This document shows positions 55,114 through 64,000 of a stretch of 64,000 bases of DNA, piece by piece; within the stretch, counting starts at the first letter, position 1; each line of letters opens with the position of its first letter. Made by a program: the position numbers and the translations under genes. Source of the DNA: Sphaerobacter sp. (lineage in GTDB: Bacteria; Chloroflexota; Chloroflexia; Thermomicrobiales; Thermomicrobiaceae); NCBI RefSeq assembly GCF_019683595.1, contig NZ_JADGHZ010000001.1:7314-71313 (forward strand), given 5' to 3'. The notes below the pieces were generated by a model. That model did no database searches. It saw nothing but the letters and a program-made list of their open reading frames with translations, and was not told the origin of the DNA.

Positions 55114-56547
55114 TCAGATCCCGAGGAATTCCCGGCCCGCTGCCAGCAACGCATCGACGTCGTCCGGGGAGCGCGCTTCGGCATAGAGGCGCAGGAGCGG
55201 CTCGGTCCCGGAGGGCCGCAGCAGGAGCCAGCTCCCGTCCTCGAATTCCAGCTTCACGCCGTCGATATCGCGCACCCCGGCCAGCGGCAGCCCAGCCACC
55301 CGGGAAGGCCACTCGCTGCGCTGGACCTGGGCCACGATCTTCGCGGCAACGTCCGGCGCCAGCGGTACATCCACCCGGCGGTAATGCCACGGCCCGATGG
55401 CCGCCTCCAGGTCAGCCAGCAGCGCCGACAGCGGCTTCCCGGATTGCACCACGTAATCGAGCAAGAGCAGCGCTGCGAGGAGACCGTCGCGCTCCGGGAG
55501 GTGGAACCCGAAGGCATACCCACCGCTCTCTTCCCCGCCCAGGACCGCTCCCTCGTCCTGCATCGCTTCGGCGATCCGGCTGAACCCGGTCGCGGTTTCA
55601 ACCACGGGCACCCCGGCCCGTTCGGCCAGGCGGTCGACCATGGCGCTCCCCGTCACCGACTTGACAATCGGCCCGCGCGCCTTTCGCACCTCCAGCACGT
55701 AGCGCGCGAGCAGGCCGAAGACGTGCTGCGTCGAGACGTACTCGCCCCGCTCATCGACGACCCCGACACGGTCACCGTCCCCGTCGAAGGCAACCCCGAG
55801 GGTCGCCCCGCCGTCTGCCACGACCTTCTTGAGACGCGCCAGGTTGCGCTCGACCGGCTCCGGGCCCTTCAGGCCCGGGAAGAGCGGATTGTGCGCGGCG
55901 TTGATCTCGATCGTCTCCGTGGCGTCCCCGTTGAGGAGCATCGGCAGGAGGCCGGCCGCCGCTCCGAACATCGCGTCAGCGACCACCGTCAGACCCGCCG
56001 ACAGGATACGGGGAAGGTTCACCGCCGCTCGTAACCCCGCCAGATAGTCATCCGTCGGGTCGATTTCGACGACCTGCGCGGCGGTTCCGCCTGACTCCCG
56101 ATCCGCGCCGAGCAGCGCCTCCACCCGGCGCACCAGCGCCGGAGGCGCCGACGCCCCGGCTGCGGTCTTCAGCTTGATCCCGTTGTAGAGCGGAGGATTG
56201 TGGGACGCGGTGATGACCAGGGCTCCGTCAGCGCCGCGCGCCGCCGTGGCCCAGCTAATCGCCGGCGTCGGCAGCGGTCGCCGAGCGAGCTGCACCGACA
56301 CGCCCGCGGCAGCCAGCGTCTCGGCAGCCGCCCGCGCAAAGGCGTCCGAGGCGAAGCGCCGGTCGTACCCGACCACGACCTGCGGCCGGCGATCCGCAAT
56401 CTGCTCGTACAGCACAAGGGCATAGGCACGCGCGACCGCGCGTACCGAGGCAAAGGTGAACTCATCGGCGATGACGGCTCGCCAGCCGTCCGTACCAAAC
56501 TGTATCGCCACCCCGCATCCGTTCGCTGTGCCTGACGCCGCCAGCAC
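55114..56547 (-). CDS. Phosphoglucomutase/phosphomannomutase family protein
   Basis: FGTDGWRA, the active-site TASHNP, the metal loop FDGDGDR, and GGEESGG. The start is uncertain. Confidence 0.9.
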   Translation of the reverse strand: MLAASGTANGCGVAIQFGTDGWRAVIADEFTFASVRAVARAYALVLYEQIADRRPQVVVGYDRRFASDAFARAAAETLAAAGVSVQLARRPLPTPAISWATAARGADGALVITASHNPPLYNGIKLKTAAGASAPPALVRRVEALLGADRESGGTAAQVVEIDPTDDYLAGLRAAVNLPRILSAGLTVVADAMFGAAAGLLPMLLNGDATETIEINAAHNPLFPGLKGPEPVERNLARLKKVVADGGATLGVAFDGDGDRVGVVDERGEYVSTQHVFGLLARYVLEVRKARGPIVKSVTGSAMVDRLAERAGVPVVETATGFSRIAEAMQDEGAVLGGEESGGYAFGFHLPERDGLLAALLLLDYVVQSGKPLSALLADLEAAIGPWHYRRVDVPLAPDVAAKIVAQVQRSEWPSRVAGLPLAGVRDIDGVKLEFEDGSWLLLRPSGTEPLLRLYAEARSPDDVDALLAAGREFLGI

Positions 56548-56595
56548 AACGAGTCAGGCTAGCACACGCCCTGCCGGTTCGCAAAGCCCAGGCCC

Positions 56596-60768
<4,173 letters not shown>

Positions 60769-60793
60769 CGCCGACACCTGGCAAGGAGCAACG

Positions 60794-61021
60794 ATGTCCG
60801 GCTTCAGCGCCCCGACCCGCGAGGACGATCCGGTCCATCTCGTCCGGACGATCGGCCGGCTTGCGTACATGGTTATCGAACTCCGTGACGAGTACGTCCG
60901 GGAGCCACGCAGCGACACCCTCGACCAGATCGAGCGCCGCCTCACCGAACTAGCGGCCCTCCACGAGCAGCTCCGCGCCCTCCGCCACGCCCAGGCCGAA
61001 GGTCACGAGCAAGACGGATAG
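60794..61021 (+). CDS. Small hypothetical protein (75 aa, helical/coiled C-terminus)
   Basis: AAGGAG lies 5 nt upstream of the ATG. GC3 is high. I recognise no family. Confidence 0.5.
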   Translation: MSGFSAPTREDDPVHLVRTIGRLAYMVIELRDEYVREPRSDTLDQIERRLTELAALHEQLRALRHAQAEGHEQDG

Positions 61022-61045
61022 TCGAAGGTACTGACCGGCACCGCC

Positions 61046-62530
61046 CTAGTGCCGAGATTTGACGGCCGACCAGTACTCCTGCGTCGCGCGGCTGATCGGT
61101 GCCGGGCCGACGGTGGCTCGGATCTGGATGGGCTCGTGGGACTCGACCCACGGTCCGCTCCGTGCGCCGCCTCCGGCGTCTCCCCACACCAGCACCACGT
61201 CGGTACCGGGTTGACTGTAGGCTTCGTCAACGACGGCGAGGGACAGCATCGCACGTTCGTTTGCGCTGTATCCGGCGTATACCGATAGCCCGACGAGGTC
61301 GCCTTTCGTGTTGAGCACCTGGTCATATTGCCAGGTGGCGTAGTGGAGCCACGGTAGATCCATGTAGCGGGCCATCGGGCCGTCATCGAAAAGGGAGCGG
61401 AAGCCGCGCGCGGTATCGTCCGGGTTCCATACGAGCGTGACCTTCTTGCGATGCGGCTCCTTCGCCTTCTCCATGAGCGCGTCACGACCGATGAAATCGT
61501 GGTCAAACTTCAGGATGTGACTCATCCCGAGGTCCCATGGAGTGAAGTAATAGTCCTCGATGTTCGGCGAGTAGAAGCTTCCTCCCAGCGCGGACCTGCC
61601 CTCGAGACCGTTGGCCGGCAGCCATTCCCGGTAGGACCGGAGCGCCGGGCTGGTGTAAATCGCCGGCAACGGGCGGGGGATCCACCCGGATTCAAGCCCA
61701 CCGGATGACAGATACGCGAACGACCCACATAGTCGCAGGCCGAACTCTTCCCCCGCCTCAATAATGGCGGCTCGCACGGCCTCCCGATCCTCCCAGGGAC
61801 CGGAGATCTCCATCCCGGGAACACCGGCCATGCTGTGGCGCAGTGCGCGTACCGGCCGGCCGGCGATCGAGATGTACCCGGTATGGAAGAACTTGAGGTC
61901 CGGAAGCGGACCGTGATTCAGCTTTTCGAGCAGGAGGAATGCGTTCGGCCCTTCCACCTGGAACCGATAGACCGTGCGTCGCCCGGTCTGGTTGAGCGAC
62001 CAGAGCGGATCGCGTTCAACCGTGACGTCGTAGTCACCGCTTGCCGCGTGGAACGCGACCCAGTTCAGGACGACCTCGCCCCCGACGAGGACGAAGGACT
62101 CTTCGTCGAGGTAGTACAGGATGTTGTCCCCAATGACGTACCCTTCGGGGTTGCACACGGCGAAGTTCTTGGCGCGCCCGGGAACGAACTTGTTGAAGCT
62201 GTTGATGGCGAGATGCTCGAGCATCCGGAAGGCATCGGGGCCGCGCACGTACAGATTCGTCATGTGGAACGACTGGTCGAGCAGCGCCACCGTCTCGCGC
62301 CTCGCCCGCTGCTCATCGCGCCAGTTGGTGAACTCCGGCGGCAGCTCTGATGGCGGAAAGCTGTGGAAGATGGCACGCAGCACGCCCTTTGGGTTCTGGT
62401 AGAGGTGGTCCACGATGTTCGGCACGCTGTCAATGAGGCCCTGTAGGCTTTGCACGGGTTGTCCCGTAGCGTTCACAACTCGTCCTCCTTCGTCGACTCG
62501 TGCCGGCCGAATGGACGCGCGTCCTGCCAC
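61046..62530 (-). CDS. Aminomethyltransferase (GcvT)-family protein, folate-dependent demethylase-like
   Basis: The length and layout resemble GcvT/LigM-type proteins. The assignment is by overall resemblance only. Confidence 0.6.
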   Translation of the reverse strand: MAGRASIRPARVDEGGRVVNATGQPVQSLQGLIDSVPNIVDHLYQNPKGVLRAIFHSFPPSELPPEFTNWRDEQRARRETVALLDQSFHMTNLYVRGPDAFRMLEHLAINSFNKFVPGRAKNFAVCNPEGYVIGDNILYYLDEESFVLVGGEVVLNWVAFHAASGDYDVTVERDPLWSLNQTGRRTVYRFQVEGPNAFLLLEKLNHGPLPDLKFFHTGYISIAGRPVRALRHSMAGVPGMEISGPWEDREAVRAAIIEAGEEFGLRLCGSFAYLSSGGLESGWIPRPLPAIYTSPALRSYREWLPANGLEGRSALGGSFYSPNIEDYYFTPWDLGMSHILKFDHDFIGRDALMEKAKEPHRKKVTLVWNPDDTARGFRSLFDDGPMARYMDLPWLHYATWQYDQVLNTKGDLVGLSVYAGYSANERAMLSLAVVDEAYSQPGTDVVLVWGDAGGGARSGPWVESHEPIQIRATVGPAPISRATQEYWSAVKSRH

Positions 62531-62596
62531 GTCCCCGTCAGTTCGGTCGGACGCGCGCAGACGGAGTGAGGGTGGTGCACGACAGCGCTTCTCACC

Positions 62597-63958
62597 CTAA
62601 CGATGCTCATTCGGGTCGCCTCCAGGAACCTCGTCCCTCGGCGGCCAGTAGGTGGTCCCTTCCAGGTTCGGCCTGATGCGTTCCTGCACGAGTGCAGCGT
62701 CCACCTCGTGCAGCGAAGGCACCCCATCCAGGAAGAGGTCGACGGTCTCGGCGGCAGCGACCGCCATCGCGATGCACGGCCCCATCACGCGGATGCTCGA
62801 AAGCGCGAATGGGTCCGCATCGATGCATCGGCCTGCCGCGATGAGGTTGTCCGCTTCGGCGTGGATCAACGAGCGGAGGGGGATATAGTGCAGGTGTCCA
62901 TCGGGGAACCGCTCCCAGCGGAACCCTGCCGCTGTGTCGTGCAACTCAATCGGCCAGGCAACACGGGCGATCGCGTCCGGGAACTGGCGGCCCTCGGTGA
63001 CGTCGTCAACGGTGAGCATGTACGCGCCGACGATCGAGCGCGTTTGCCGGATGCCCGGATGCCCCATGCTGCGCACATGGGAACGGCCGAATACTTCGGG
63101 ATACTCGGTCTGCAGGAGTGCGACCGCACGCTCGGCTTCCTCACGCCCGACTCCGGCTTCCTCCCAGAATTGCAACGGATCGAGCGGCGTCGCGACGTGT
63201 GTCACGTTCAAGACGGCCATGCCACGGCTCGGGAGTGGGAAGATCACGCCCTCATGCCGGGTCAAGCCGTATTGCGGTCCCTTCTCTCGGAACAGCCGCT
63301 CGGCTTCGTACCCGATCTCCCGCGCGCGCGATGCGTCCCCGTATTCGACCCCTTCGAGGATGCACATCTGCGTGCCATAAATCGGGAACGTTGCCGTCCG
63401 GCACGCCAGACCTGCGACCCAGGTGAGCGCGGCGTCACCGGATGCATCGACAAAGGCGTCCGCCCGCACCTCGCACGGGCCGAAGCGCGTGTCGACGCGG
63501 ACCGAGCGGAGGCGTCGCCCCTCCACCTCTGCAGCGGAGGCAACGCCGCCGAGGAGGAACTGCACACCCGCTTGCCGCGCCATCCGTTCGAAGAGCCGCA
63601 TCAACACCACGTCGTCGTACACGACGTTGATCGTACGCGCACGCCGGGAACGCTGTAAGTAGTACGCATCTGCCTCGCGAAGACCTTCCAGCAGTTCCCG
63701 AGCAAAGATCGGGGTAAGCAGGTACGGATCGTCTCCACACGAAAATAGGCCGCCAATGGTCCCGATCGGCACCCCGATCGCCTGTCCACCGATCCATGGG
63801 CAGGCGTCGACCAACATGACCTTTCGACCGCGCCGGGCGAGCATGATCGCAGCAGTCGTCCCGCTCATCCCGGCCCCGACCACACAGACGTCGGCCGTGA
63901 CACTGGTCAACTCGGGCTCGCTCCGGCGCACGACCGTGTGGAGCGTCGCGTCATTCAC
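62597..63958 (-). CDS. FAD-dependent oxidoreductase
   Basis: The N-terminal dinucleotide-binding motif is DVCVVGAGMSGTTAA. Confidence 0.75.
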   Translation of the reverse strand: MNDATLHTVVRRSEPELTSVTADVCVVGAGMSGTTAAIMLARRGRKVMLVDACPWIGGQAIGVPIGTIGGLFSCGDDPYLLTPIFARELLEGLREADAYYLQRSRRARTINVVYDDVVLMRLFERMARQAGVQFLLGGVASAAEVEGRRLRSVRVDTRFGPCEVRADAFVDASGDAALTWVAGLACRTATFPIYGTQMCILEGVEYGDASRAREIGYEAERLFREKGPQYGLTRHEGVIFPLPSRGMAVLNVTHVATPLDPLQFWEEAGVGREEAERAVALLQTEYPEVFGRSHVRSMGHPGIRQTRSIVGAYMLTVDDVTEGRQFPDAIARVAWPIELHDTAAGFRWERFPDGHLHYIPLRSLIHAEADNLIAAGRCIDADPFALSSIRVMGPCIAMAVAAAETVDLFLDGVPSLHEVDAALVQERIRPNLEGTTYWPPRDEVPGGDPNEHR

Positions 63959-64000
63959 TGCGGTCTCCTCTCACCTCGTCGAGCACTCGCGGCCTGCCAG

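Overview
High-GC (roughly two-thirds G+C) bacterial chromosomal window. The gene content and protein signatures resemble Chloroflexota/Thermomicrobia-type organisms, but that is inference only because no search could be run. I support about 55 protein genes, and most are housekeeping:
- sbcD (3' part)
- S9 peptidase
- glcDEF glycolate oxidase
- smpB plus tmRNA
- aroA and aroC
- peptide ABC substrate-binding protein
- gamma-glutamyltransferase
- rmlB and an rmlC-like gene
- HD-GYP phosphodiesterase
- trmD
- MacB-type ABC exporter with adaptor
- epoxide hydrolase
- APC permease
- ftsH
- purine nucleoside phosphorylase
- recO, eda, nadK
- darA-tmk-R3H/AAA ATPase cluster
- recR, ftsK, RNase J, family-4 UDG
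- phosphohexomutase
- DEDDh-exonuclease/GIY-YIG fusion
- ligA
- GcvT-like protein
- FAD oxidoreductase

Many long ORFs in the six-frame track are antisense or shadow ORFs typical of high-GC DNA, and I did not call them. I recognised no rRNA, tRNA, CRISPR array, transposase or integrase.

The most unusual locus is the 780-nt non-coding gap between rmlB and the HD-GYP gene (22960-23737). It holds a perfect sigma70-type promoter (TTGACA-N17-TATACT) and a structured leader. Three tandemly duplicated modules follow, each with a Shine-Dalgarno sequence and a mini-ORF encoding an almost identical Trp/Lys/Arg-rich peptide (MKWKNFRWK, MKNFRWK, MEWKNSRWK...). The third mini-ORF reads into an intrinsic terminator. 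I could not match this to any RNA or peptide family I know.

Other notable items:
- Two families of intergenic palindromic repeats. One has arms built of (ATGACGC)n heptamers.
- A Cheo-type LexA-like box between the exonuclease/GIY-YIG gene and ligA.
- An orphan divergent AAA+ ATPase behind a 500-nt structured upstream region.
- A probable leaderless methyltransferase mRNA.

All functional calls rest on motif recognition in the supplied translations. None were verified by database search.
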